A stretch of 64,000 bases of DNA, taken from Bacteroidota bacterium. Its GTDB lineage: Bacteria; Bacteroidota; Ignavibacteria; Ignavibacteriales; SURF-24. Shown here in pieces: positions 8,389 through 18,094 of this stretch; position 1 is the stretch's first letter; every line of letters starts with the position of its first letter. The notes under the pieces are model-generated. The model searched no databases. It had not been told where the DNA came from and worked only from the letters and a program-made list of their open reading frames with translations. A program made the translations under genes and the position numbers. The stretch is taken from positions 2,781 to 66,780 of the forward strand of contig JAUZPB010000009.1 in the NCBI GenBank assembly GCA_030706145.1, in the 5' to 3' direction.

Positions 8389-10092
8389 CTAGTTTTTAAT
8401 CAGGTATCTTTTAATTTTTTGTGTTGTAGTTTTTTCGAATTCCTGATCTCTAATATAAAATTTCTTTATCTGTTTATAAGAGGAAAGCTGTTTATTAGCC
8501 TTCTCAACTTCAGAGTTAATGACTTCGTGAATCATTTCACTCGTGATCTTTACATTTCTGCTTTCAGATAGCTCAATAAAAGCTTCAGTATCAACAACTA
8601 TCATTGCTGCAATAATCTCAGTCTGTTTAGCATCTTCCTCGCCATAGACAACAGATTCAAGAATATAAGGACTTCTGTTAAGAACATCTTCAATTTCTTC
8701 AGGAAAAACATTTTTCCCGCTTTTCGAAATAATTACATTTTTCTTTCTTCCATTTACATGCAGGAAACCATCTTCATCAATAAAACCAATATCCCCGGTC
8801 TTAAACCAGTCGTCTTCAAATGCTTCTATAGTAGCCTTTTCATTGTTGTAATAACCAAGCATAACGCTCGGAGCTTTTGTCCAGATTTCTCCATTTCCTT
8901 CAGCATCAGGAGCATTGATCTTGATCTGAACATGTGGCAGAGGAATACCAGCGGCATTATCCTTAAAATTATCTTTCTGATTTAAGGCAAGGATTGGTGA
9001 GGTTTCCGTCATTCCATATCCCTGGAGGAAGGAAAATCCGAATTCTCTTAAACCCTTTGCAACCAATGGGTCAGGGGCAGCTCCTCCGGCAATAAATATT
9101 CTGACAGATCCGCCGAATTTTTTATGTATTTCGTGAAAGATTTTCTTTTTCGAATTCTTCCAGCCAATTTTTTCAAGGACATCAGAAACCGTTATCAATG
9201 GTCCAACGAGTATTGAGGTGACTTTTTTCTCCTTAATTCCTTTATAGATTTTATTAAACATCTTATCAAACAATAAAGGTACTCCAAGAAGAATTGTTGC
9301 CTTTACATTTTGGAGGTCATCAACTACTGTCCTCAAGGACCTTGCATAATGAACAGATGCTCCAGAGTATAGTGGGCAAAGCATTCCGCATGTACATTCA
9401 TAAGTATGATGCATAGGAAGAACTGAAAGGAACTTATCTTCCGGATATATCATGAGCATGCTAAGCATATCCATTAGATTTGAGCAAATGTTCTTCTGGC
9501 TAAGCATAACTCCCTTTGCCCTACCAAGAGAGCCGGAAGTAAATATGATCTCTGAGAGGTTTTCAGGATTTCCCGATGGGAAACTAATTGATTTCCCCTT
9601 TTCACTTTCGATGAGCTCTTTCATCGAAAGGAAGCCTTCGGCCTCTGAAGAGGAATCCATTGAGATAAATGTCTTTACTTTCTTTATAGTGCTTTTCTTT
9701 TCAGCAAGCATCTGAGAAAAAGAATCCGAAAAGATAATTGCCTCAGCATCAGATTCATGAATTATGTTAAGGACCTCGCTAGTATTAAGGTTTCTGTCAA
9801 TTGGAACAATAACCATATTGAAGCAGACTACAGTCAAATAGCTTAGCGCCCATTGCACGCGGTTTTCCCCAATTACTGCAACATGTGCCCTTTCTTTTAA
9901 TCCCAATTTTTGTAAAGCATTACCGAATTGTAAAACTAGATTAAGAAGTTCCGAATAAGTTGCTTTGTTTAAAGGGGTTTTACTTAGATCCTCAAGCGCC
10001 AGTTTGTTATTGTATTTCCCAGCATTGCTAATGAGCATATGCTGAAGAGATTCAATAAAAGGCACTTCATATAGCTTCACTTCTCTTTTCAT
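8389..10092 (-). CDS. fadD: Long-chain fatty acid--CoA ligase (AMP-dependent synthetase/ligase)
   Basis: 567 aa with the AMP-binding signature IIFTSGSLGRAKGVML, plus GYGMTETSP and TGDIGFIDEDGF. Confidence 0.88.
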   Translation of the reverse strand: MKREVKLYEVPFIESLQHMLISNAGKYNNKLALEDLSKTPLNKATYSELLNLVLQFGNALQKLGLKERAHVAVIGENRVQWALSYLTVVCFNMVIVPIDRNLNTSEVLNIIHESDAEAIIFSDSFSQMLAEKKSTIKKVKTFISMDSSSEAEGFLSMKELIESEKGKSISFPSGNPENLSEIIFTSGSLGRAKGVMLSQKNICSNLMDMLSMLMIYPEDKFLSVLPMHHTYECTCGMLCPLYSGASVHYARSLRTVVDDLQNVKATILLGVPLLFDKMFNKIYKGIKEKKVTSILVGPLITVSDVLEKIGWKNSKKKIFHEIHKKFGGSVRIFIAGGAAPDPLVAKGLREFGFSFLQGYGMTETSPILALNQKDNFKDNAAGIPLPHVQIKINAPDAEGNGEIWTKAPSVMLGYYNNEKATIEAFEDDWFKTGDIGFIDEDGFLHVNGRKKNVIISKSGKNVFPEEIEDVLNRSPYILESVVYGEEDAKQTEIIAAMIVVDTEAFIELSESRNVKITSEMIHEVINSEVEKANKQLSSYKQIKKFYIRDQEFEKTTTQKIKRYLIKN

Positions 10093-10254
10093 ATGTTGTA
10101 TTATTTAATTTAAAGTTTTTCTAAAATTATACTTATAAAAATACAAATATTAATGAAGCTTCACCTTAAAAAAATATTTTCCAGCAAAGATAAAAAATGA
10201 AAATATCCTGGAGAGTTTGAAAATTCAAAAAAATGAACAATAAAAACTGAGAAT

Positions 10255-10285
10255 AAAAAAGATCCGCAGCAATAAACTACGGATC
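10255..10285 (-). terminator. Rho-independent terminator after pepD
   Basis: The minus-strand RNA GAUCCGUAG-UUUAUUG-CUGCGGAUC forms a 9-bp stem followed by UUUUUU, 21 nt after the stop. Confidence 0.75.
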
Positions 10286-10305
10286 ATAAATTCACTTATT
10301 TGATT

Positions 10306-11766
10306 TTATTTCCTGTTAGCAAAATCCGTCAATATTGCAGATAAAAGTTTATAAAACCTTTCAACTGCTGGAATATTAACTCTTTCATCAGGTGAATGTG
10401 CTCCTTCAATAGTTGGGCCGAAAGAGATCATATCCAGGCCTGGATACTTATTGCCAAGAATTCCACATTCAAGGCCAGCATGTATAGCTTTAACTTCGGG
10501 TTTCTTATTGAAGAGGTTCTCGAAGAGCTTTGATGCTACTTTTAAGACTTCAGAATCAAGATTTGGTTTCCACCCTGGATAACCATCTCCTTGTGAAACC
10601 TTTGCTCCGGAAAGCTCAAATACAGATGCTACACTTTCAGCAATATATTTCTTTGCACTTTCAACAGAACTTCTTTGGCTAGTTCCAATTGTGAGTGTGT
10701 CATTATTTGTGTTCAAAGTAGCAAGATTAGTAGAAGTCTCGACTAATCCAGGTATATCAGGGCTCATTGCAATAACGCCGTGAGGAAGTCCAAGTAGAAC
10801 ATTAACTAACTTATTCTGAAATGCTTTTGAAAAAGCCTTTGACACAGATTCAGACTTTTGTGAAAGGGTGATCTTTAAGCCGGGATCTGTAGTCTTAAAT
10901 TCCTGCTGAAGTTTTGCTTCAAAATCTTTAACGATCTTTTCAGCATCTTTTGCCGACTTAAGGAGTACAGTAGCCTCAGCTTCTCTTGGGATAGCATTTC
11001 TTTTACTTCCACCCTCGATATTTGAGATGAGAAGATCTGTAGCTTCAAGTTTTTTGAGTGTTCTTGCCAGAGCTTTAATTGCATTGCACCTGCCCAGTAT
11101 GATTTCCATACCTGAATGGCCACCTTTAAGCCCTGAAATCATAAGAGTAAATGGAGTATATCCAGCAACTTCACTTGTAAATTCAATCTTATAGTCAGCT
11201 TGTGTATCCTGCCCGCCAGCACAACCTACATAAAAAGCTCCATCTTCTTCGCTATCAAGATTTAATAGAGTCTTTCCTGTAATAAAACCAGGTTTTAGGT
11301 TTTCTACACCTGTCATACCTGTTTCTTCATCAATTGTGAATAAAAGCTCAATAGGGCCATGAGCAAAGCTTTTGTCAGTAAGTAATGCAAGTCCTGAAGC
11401 AACACCAATGCCATTATCGCTACCAAGTGTTGTTCCTTCAGCTGTGATCCAATCCCCTTCTCTTTTAATTTTCAGCGGGTCATTGTCAAAGTCATGTTCT
11501 GTGCCTTTGTTTTTTTCGCAGACCATGTCTACATGCCCCTGAAGCACAACTGTTGGGCTGCTCTCATAACCTGGAGTAGCTGCAATATTGATTACTATGT
11601 TTCCAACTTCATCTTCTTTAGAGGGAACCTTAAATTGAGAAGCTAAATTTTTCAAATATTCTCTTATTTTTTCCTCTTTTTTTGAAGGTCTTGGAATTTG
11701 AGTTATTTCATAGAACCTTTGCCATAGAGCTTCTGGCTTTAAGCCTTCTATTGCTTCTTTAGACAT
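10306..11766 (-). CDS. pepD: Aminoacyl-histidine (Xaa-His) dipeptidase, M20 family
   Basis: 486 aa with LQGHVDMVCEKN, GTTLGSDNGIG, FTIDEETGMTG and GPTIEGAHSPDERV. Confidence 0.9.
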   Translation of the reverse strand: MSKEAIEGLKPEALWQRFYEITQIPRPSKKEEKIREYLKNLASQFKVPSKEDEVGNIVINIAATPGYESSPTVVLQGHVDMVCEKNKGTEHDFDNDPLKIKREGDWITAEGTTLGSDNGIGVASGLALLTDKSFAHGPIELLFTIDEETGMTGVENLKPGFITGKTLLNLDSEEDGAFYVGCAGGQDTQADYKIEFTSEVAGYTPFTLMISGLKGGHSGMEIILGRCNAIKALARTLKKLEATDLLISNIEGGSKRNAIPREAEATVLLKSAKDAEKIVKDFEAKLQQEFKTTDPGLKITLSQKSESVSKAFSKAFQNKLVNVLLGLPHGVIAMSPDIPGLVETSTNLATLNTNNDTLTIGTSQRSSVESAKKYIAESVASVFELSGAKVSQGDGYPGWKPNLDSEVLKVASKLFENLFNKKPEVKAIHAGLECGILGNKYPGLDMISFGPTIEGAHSPDERVNIPAVERFYKLLSAILTDFANRK

Positions 11767-11890
11767 CTTGCCTCCAATTTTTACAATGTGTTTGAAAATA
11801 TCGTCTACTAATATATGTTAAAATTTAAACAATTACTTTATTTTCGCAAAATGATAAGCAATAAGTAGGGAGTCATTAATTAAAGAGGGC

Positions 11891-11919
11891 AAAAAAAAAT
11901 CCCAGTATTTAACCGGGAT
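11891..11919 (-). terminator. Rho-independent terminator after typA
   Basis: The minus-strand RNA AUCCCGG-UUAAAUA-CUGGGAU forms a stem followed by a U9 run. Confidence 0.75.
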
Positions 11920-11959
11920 CTATTCAAATAAAGCCATAGAATATTTTCGAAAGAAAATA

Positions 11960-13801
11960 TTATTGCACTTCAGGTTCACTCTTTTTTTGAGCCAATCTAG
12001 CGTGCTTTTTGTCCATTTCAGTCAAGTATTTCTTTCTAATTCTAATTGATTGCGGAGTGATCTCAACAAATTCGTCATCTGTGATCCATTCAATTGCCTG
12101 TTCAAGAGTCATTAGTCTGGCAGGTTCAAGCCTGATTGCTTCGTCAGCTCCGCTGGCACGCATGTTTGTTAACTGTTTTGTTTTAGTAACATTTACACGC
12201 ATATCCATATTTCTGGAATTTTCACCAACTACCATTCCCTCGTAGACACGTGTTCCTGGATCAATAAAAAATGCAGCTCTTTCCTGAAGTTTGAACATTG
12301 CATATCCGGATGCAAGGCCCGTCTCCATTGCAATAAGAGCACCTCTTTGTCTTTGTGATATTTCTCCTTTGTAGGGTTCATACTCATGGAAATTAGCATG
12401 GAGAATACCAGTACCTTTTGTATCAGTCATAAATTCAGTTCTATAACCAATTAAGCCTCTGGTTGGAACATAGAATTCCAGTCTGACATTTGTGCCTGAA
12501 TTGATCATATTTTTCAATTCTGCTTTTCTTTTGCCTAGTTTTTCAATTACAACACCAACGAATTCTTCCGGGACATCAATAATAACATGTTCAATTGGTT
12601 CGGCTAATACGTCATCAATTTTTTTGAGAATAACCTGAGGCCGGCTAACAGCGAGCTCATAATCCTCGCGGCGCATATTTTCAATAAGTATACCTAAGTG
12701 AAGTTCACCTCTGCCGCTTACCTTGAATATATCAGGAAATTCAGTCATCTCAACTCTAAGACTTACATTAGATCTCAGCTCCCTGCTTAATCTATCACTA
12801 ATGTTTCTGGTAGTAACATATTTGCCTTCCTGTCCAGCAAAAGGAGAATTATTAACCATGAAGTTCATAGTGATAGTAGGCTCATCAATATCAACGAAAG
12901 GTATTGCTTCAGGCTTTAAGGGACTAGCAAGTGTAGCGCCAATATTTACATCCTCAAAACCAGCAATTGCTGCAATATCGCCGGCAAAAACTTCGTCTGC
13001 CTCAGCTCTTCTAAGATTTTCAAAAGTATATAGTTTCGAGATCTTTCCGTTTTCAGTCTTTCCATCTTTTTCGATGAGGACAACAGAATCGCCATTTTTA
13101 AGAGTTCCACTTTGAACAAGGCCAATTCCGATTCGGCCAAGATAGTCATTATAATCAATAGCACTAATAAGCATTCTGAAAGGTTCATCTGGCTGTACTC
13201 TTGGAGAAGGGACTTTCTGAACAATAAGGTCAAATAAAGGAGTAAGATCAGCTGATTCTTCCTCAAGAGTTAATTTAGCAATACCCTGTTTAGCAATAGC
13301 ATAAACGAATGGGAAATCGAGCTGTTCATCTGAAGCACCAAGAGACATAAAGAGTTCAAAGACCTCGTCAAGAACTTCATTAGGGCGAGCATCTTTTCTG
13401 TCGATCTTATTTATTACGACAATTGGCTTTAGTCCCAGGTCTAAAGACTTCTTAAGAACGAATTTTGTTTGAGGCAGAGGGCCTTCAGCTGCGTCAACTA
13501 ATAGTAATACTCCATCTACCATCTTTAGAGTACGTTCAACCTCGCCTCCGAAGTCTGCGTGTCCCGGAGTATCAACAATATTAATTTTGATTCCGTTATA
13601 CCGGATACTTGTATTTTTAGCAAGTATAGTGATACCTCTTTCTTTTTCTAGAGGATTGGAATCCATTACTCTTTTTTCAACTTGCTGATTAGCTCTGAAA
13701 ACACCAGTTTGCTTTAGCATATAATCCACAAGAGTGGTTTTGCCATGATCTACGTGAGCAACAATTGCGATATTTCTGATTTTATCTTTTAAAATTTCCA
13801 C
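11960..13801 (-). CDS. typA: Translational GTPase TypA/BipA
   Basis: 613 aa with AIVAHVDHGKTTLVD, DTPGHADFGGEVER and NKIDR. Full-length EF-G-like architecture. Confidence 0.95.
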   Translation of the reverse strand: MEILKDKIRNIAIVAHVDHGKTTLVDYMLKQTGVFRANQQVEKRVMDSNPLEKERGITILAKNTSIRYNGIKINIVDTPGHADFGGEVERTLKMVDGVLLLVDAAEGPLPQTKFVLKKSLDLGLKPIVVINKIDRKDARPNEVLDEVFELFMSLGASDEQLDFPFVYAIAKQGIAKLTLEEESADLTPLFDLIVQKVPSPRVQPDEPFRMLISAIDYNDYLGRIGIGLVQSGTLKNGDSVVLIEKDGKTENGKISKLYTFENLRRAEADEVFAGDIAAIAGFEDVNIGATLASPLKPEAIPFVDIDEPTITMNFMVNNSPFAGQEGKYVTTRNISDRLSRELRSNVSLRVEMTEFPDIFKVSGRGELHLGILIENMRREDYELAVSRPQVILKKIDDVLAEPIEHVIIDVPEEFVGVVIEKLGKRKAELKNMINSGTNVRLEFYVPTRGLIGYRTEFMTDTKGTGILHANFHEYEPYKGEISQRQRGALIAMETGLASGYAMFKLQERAAFFIDPGTRVYEGMVVGENSRNMDMRVNVTKTKQLTNMRASGADEAIRLEPARLMTLEQAIEWITDDEFVEITPQSIRIRKKYLTEMDKKHARLAQKKSEPEVQ

Positions 13802-13819
13802 TATATTCCTTCTTTTTGA

Positions 13820-14902
13820 TCAACTGTGACGGATAGATAATATATCACCGTCTTTAACAATATATTCTTTTCCTTCTAATCTCCAAACTCCCGCTTCTTT
13901 ACATTTTTGAAACGAACCATAATGTAAAAAGTCATCATAATGGACTACTTCGGCACGGATAAATTTGTTATAAAAGTCTGTATGAATTACCCCAGCTGCC
14001 TCCTGGGCTGTAGTATTTTTCCTTATTGTCCAGGCTCTGCATTCATCTTCACCAACTGTTAGGAAAGATTGCAGGCCAAGTACATGATAAGATATTCTGA
14101 GGATCTTGTTTAAGGCCGACTCCTTTATTCCAAAATCTTCCATAAAAGCTAAGGCTTCCTCATCATTCATTCTTGAAAGTTCATATTCAAACCTTGCAAA
14201 AAATGGGATGAGAGTAATTGAGTATTTATCAAATTCTTTTTTAATTTCTTCTAATATAGAATCAACTTTATCAGCTGAATCCTCATCAAAGTTAACAGCA
14301 ACAACCAAGGGTTTTAGTGTGAGGAATTGGTAAGAAGAAAGAAGCTTCTTTTCAGAATCGTCAAACTCCAATAAACGTAAAGGCAGTTCCTTTTCAATGT
14401 GAGTCAGGCATTTTTGGATCAAAGGTAATTCCTTTTTTGCCTGCTCATTTTTGGATTTCTGAAGATCTTTTTCTAACCTTTCTTTTCTAGTCTCCAAAAG
14501 TGCCATATCTGCTAAAAGGAATTCTGTTTCTAAGAACAGAATATCTCTTAACGGATCAATGCTATTTTCAGGATGTGGTACTGCATCGTTACTAAATTGT
14601 CTAATGACATAGAAAAGAGCATCGTTATTCTTTACGTTATTTAGAAAATCTGGTGTTATTTTGACTTTCCCATCCTCAGAGACCCTGAGTCCTGGGATGT
14701 CATATACCTCAATTGTAGCATTTACCTTTTTGGGAGGTTTAAAGATTTCAGTAGCTTTGTCTAATCTATCATCGGGGACTTTAACCACAGCTAGATTTGC
14801 TTTATCTGGCTGTGCAGTACTATCGGTTTCATCAGTTTTTGTAAGCGTATTAAAAAGTGTTGTCTTGCCAGAATACTGCAGTCCAACTAGACCAATTTGC
14901 AT
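13820..14902 (-). CDS. ychF: Redox-regulated / ribosome-binding ATPase YchF
   Basis: 360 aa with the P-loop GLVGLQYSGKTTLFN, a coiled-coil insert, and a C-terminal TGS-like segment (RAWTIRKNTTAQEAAGVIHTDFYNKFIRAEV). Confidence 0.88.
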   Translation of the reverse strand: MQIGLVGLQYSGKTTLFNTLTKTDETDSTAQPDKANLAVVKVPDDRLDKATEIFKPPKKVNATIEVYDIPGLRVSEDGKVKITPDFLNNVKNNDALFYVIRQFSNDAVPHPENSIDPLRDILFLETEFLLADMALLETRKERLEKDLQKSKNEQAKKELPLIQKCLTHIEKELPLRLLEFDDSEKKLLSSYQFLTLKPLVVAVNFDEDSADKVDSILEEIKKEFDKYSITLIPFFARFEYELSRMNDEEALAFMEDFGIKESALNKILRISYHVLGLQSFLTVGEDECRAWTIRKNTTAQEAAGVIHTDFYNKFIRAEVVHYDDFLHYGSFQKCKEAGVWRLEGKEYIVKDGDILSIRHS

Positions 14903-15162
14903 TTATATACCTTATATTATTATAATTTATTTCTTCCCTTTATATAATCAGATAATTCTAAATTTGTTAGATAAAGCGCAACTTAAAATATTGCATTAAA
15001 TAAACTGCACTTTCTGATAAAAAGTAGTAATGAGCTTTTTTTGATGTACAAATATACAATTTTTTCGTGGTAAATGTAAGAATTGAGTAAAAATTGCCCT
15101 TTTTATCAGAGATTATTAAAAAGAGCATCCATAAAGAATGTTAGCTTATACAAAAAACAACT

Positions 15163-15468
15163 TTATGCAACTATCTGAGTGTTCAGAGCAATTTCTTCGA
15201 GCACAGAAGTAACCTTAAGGCATTCCTGTAGTTGCCCATTATAAACAATAGCCTTACCTTTAACATGGACTTCAAAAGCAAATTCCCGGGCTGTCTCATA
15301 ACTGCACTTTATGGCTTTAATAAGTTGAACAATTACTTCATCAAAAGTATGCCAGTCATCATTATAAAGAATGACCTTAAAGGCCAGGCCTGTAATTGTT
15401 TCTTCATCCTGTTCGGGATTGTATTGCCCATATTGTAGTTCAGACATAATAGAAAATTTATCTTTCAT
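15163..15468 (-). CDS. clpS: ATP-dependent Clp protease adaptor ClpS
   Basis: 101 aa. VILYNDDWHTFDEVI...YETAREFAFEVHVKGKAIV is the canonical ClpS core. Confidence 0.85.
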   Translation of the reverse strand: MKDKFSIMSELQYGQYNPEQDEETITGLAFKVILYNDDWHTFDEVIVQLIKAIKCSYETAREFAFEVHVKGKAIVYNGQLQECLKVTSVLEEIALNTQIVA

Positions 15469-15568
15469 AGCCGAAATTTACTAAATAGAAATATTTTAGA
15501 AAAGTGAAAAATGTACCAGGTGCACATACTTAAAATAGATATAGTAAAATTACGAAAAAAAATAGAAA

Positions 15569-17533
15569 TTACCTGTAACCTTGCGCCTGTAAATTAAACA
15601 AATCGGAGTAGGTTCCTCCTTTTTCAAGCAGTTCGTTGTGAGTTCCCAGCTCTGTGCATTTGCCATTTTCTAGGACAAGTATGCGATCAGCCATTCGTAC
15701 GGTAGAAAAACGGTGGGAAATCAAAATGACAGTCTTCCCCTTTGTAAGATCGGCAAATCTTTGGAAGACTTCATATTCTGCCCGGGCATCCAGAGCTGCA
15801 GTAGGTTCATCAAGTATAAGAAGCTGTGCATCCCTCATATAAGCTCTTCCCAGAGCCATTTTCTGCCATTGTCCTCCCGAAAGATCAATTCCATCACTAA
15901 ACCTTCTACCGATCATTTGCTGATATCCGTTTGGGAGTTTTTCAATTACAGAATCGGCCAGACTTCTTAAAGCGGATTGTTTTATTTTTTCATAGTTTTC
16001 TTTTTCTTCAATTCTTCCAACTGCAATATTATTTGAGGCGGTCATTTGAAATTTAACGAAATCCTGAAAGATGACACCTATTTCCTTTCTTAGATCTTCG
16101 GGGTCAAATTCTTTCAAATCATGATCATCAAGAAATATTCTTCCTTCGGTAGGATCATATAATCTGGCCAGGAGTTTTACGAGAGTTGTTTTACCTGCGC
16201 CATTTTCACCAACTAATGCCAGTTTCTCCCTGGCATTTAATGTAAAGCTAACGTTTCTGATTGCCCATTTATCAGTATTTTGATATCGAAAGCTTACATT
16301 TTCAAATCTAAAACCTTTTAATATTGGGTGGGGAAATTTTCTGGGATTCTCTTTTACTTTAATCCTTGGTTCAAGTCTGAAGAAATCAAAGAAATCTCCC
16401 AGATATAAAGCTGCTTCAGCAATACTTGTAAAACGGTTTAGAACACCTTCAAGCAGGACTTTTAATCTGGAAAAAGAACCTGCTAAAAATGTCAGATCAC
16501 CTAGAGTTAAGTGTCCAGTTACTGTTCTTAGAATGATAATAATATAAGCAATATAGTAGCCAATGTTTCCAAAAGTTGAAAAGAATACTCCCCAGCCAGC
16601 TCTTTTAACTGCCAGGACTTTATTTTCGTTATAGTATTTATCTGAGAGTAACTTAAATCTTTCTATTAAGAAATCCGATAATCCAAATATCTTAACCTCT
16701 TTTGCAGTTTCATCACTTGCACCTGTATAGCGCAGGTAATCGAGTTCTCTTCTTTCCGGGGTCCAGCTATGAACTAATGAATAGGTTTTCTCATTAAAGT
16801 GGGATTCTCCGAGAAACGATGGAACGACAGAAATTATAAGTAAAAGAATAAGCCAAGGGTTAAATGAAATAAGGCCTATGGCTAAAAAGCCCATTGTAAT
16901 TACATCCTGCATCTGTCCAAGTACCTGAGACATGAGTATAGTTCTGTTCAATGTCTGTCTTCTAGCAAGCTCAAGCTTATCATAAAAAGCAGAGTCTTCA
17001 AATTGGTCAAGGTCCAACTGGGCTGCGTGTTGCATTAATCTAACAGATGATCTGTTTGAGAGCAGATCTCCTAAAAGGCTGTCGACCAATGCTATTCCGC
17101 GATTTAAAAGGTCATTTAATAGGACAAGCGAAAATTCAATTGTAACAAATGAGAAAAGCCGGTTGTAAGAGCCATGACCTGGTTGGAACCTAATAAGATG
17201 AACTACTTCATCAATTATCAGTTTCCCAATAAACAAAGTGACCAATGGCAGGATTGATTTTAATGCACGCAGGAATATATTTAGCAAAGTTAATTTTTTG
17301 CTGGTCTCCCAAACTAACTTAAAGAATTCCGGAAGATTTCCAAAAGCCTTGAAACGCTGCTTAAAATCAACTATATCTTCTTTTCCCCTGCTCTTTTTTG
17401 TCCTGTTTAGTACCCTGCCAAAGAATGTTAGTAATGGGTTCAAATCATGACCTGTAATTAGCCTTGTATTCTGTTCTAAGTCCCCCATCCTCAGAGACAT
17501 GAGTCCTGCGGTATCTTTTTGCAAGAAACTCAT
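15569..17533 (-). CDS. ABC exporter, fused permease/ATPase (multidrug/lipid exporter type); start uncertain
   Basis: N-terminal 6-TM domain, then Walker A GENGAGKTT, signature LSGGQWQK, and Walker B LLILDEPT. The ATG at 17533 overlaps the upstream DoxX gene by 89 nt. An in-frame TTG at 17443 lies 1 nt after the DoxX stop. Confidence 0.85.
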   Translation of the reverse strand: MSFLQKDTAGLMSLRMGDLEQNTRLITGHDLNPLLTFFGRVLNRTKKSRGKEDIVDFKQRFKAFGNLPEFFKLVWETSKKLTLLNIFLRALKSILPLVTLFIGKLIIDEVVHLIRFQPGHGSYNRLFSFVTIEFSLVLLNDLLNRGIALVDSLLGDLLSNRSSVRLMQHAAQLDLDQFEDSAFYDKLELARRQTLNRTILMSQVLGQMQDVITMGFLAIGLISFNPWLILLLIISVVPSFLGESHFNEKTYSLVHSWTPERRELDYLRYTGASDETAKEVKIFGLSDFLIERFKLLSDKYYNENKVLAVKRAGWGVFFSTFGNIGYYIAYIIIILRTVTGHLTLGDLTFLAGSFSRLKVLLEGVLNRFTSIAEAALYLGDFFDFFRLEPRIKVKENPRKFPHPILKGFRFENVSFRYQNTDKWAIRNVSFTLNAREKLALVGENGAGKTTLVKLLARLYDPTEGRIFLDDHDLKEFDPEDLRKEIGVIFQDFVKFQMTASNNIAVGRIEEKENYEKIKQSALRSLADSVIEKLPNGYQQMIGRRFSDGIDLSGGQWQKMALGRAYMRDAQLLILDEPTAALDARAEYEVFQRFADLTKGKTVILISHRFSTVRMADRILVLENGKCTELGTHNELLEKGGTYSDLFNLQAQGYR

Positions 17534-17933
17534 CTATGCTGAAAGTTCCTGCACCTAAAAGAAAAATACCTAGAGCTGAGGTGAGAAGCACCAAAGGAAA
17601 TTCAAAACCAGTTGGAGCAAAAAATCCATTTTTAAGGTGCACGGTAAATATTGCAACAGCCATATCTATAACTATTCCCAAGGCAAAGATTCTTGTCATA
17701 AATCCTAACAAGATAAAAATGCCGCCCAGAAATTCGGCCAAAGAGGCAGTATAAGCCAAAAATGGGGGTATTCCGAACTTTCCGAACCCATTGATCGTAG
17801 CTTCTAGGCCATGTCCTCCGAACCAGCCAAAGACCTTTTGAGAGCCATGCATAAAGAAAACAATTCCAATAATTACTCTTAGGAGCAGGACAAGTACAGA
17901 GGAATTAATAAAGGGTTTAAATATCAAGCGCAT
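17445..17933 (-). CDS. DoxX family membrane protein
   Basis: 162 aa with 4 TM helices and DoxX-like motifs (RVIIGIVFFMHGSQKVFGWFGG, FTVHLKNGFF). Confidence 0.8.
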   Translation of the reverse strand: MRLIFKPFINSSVLVLLLRVIIGIVFFMHGSQKVFGWFGGHGLEATINGFGKFGIPPFLAYTASLAEFLGGIFILLGFMTRIFALGIVIDMAVAIFTVHLKNGFFAPTGFEFPLVLLTSALGIFLLGAGTFSIDEFLAKRYRRTHVSEDGGLRTEYKANYRS

Positions 17934-18094
17934 TTACGTTCCTTTCTGATTATAATTATTATAAGGCAGATTTCCCCCGGAGAGTTCAATTTTGTTTTGA
18001 TGGAGGTTATTTATTTAAAGAAATGCAAGATTTGGAAATTTTTCAATACTTATATGCTGGACAAAAATAAAATCTGCTATAGGGATAATCCAGA

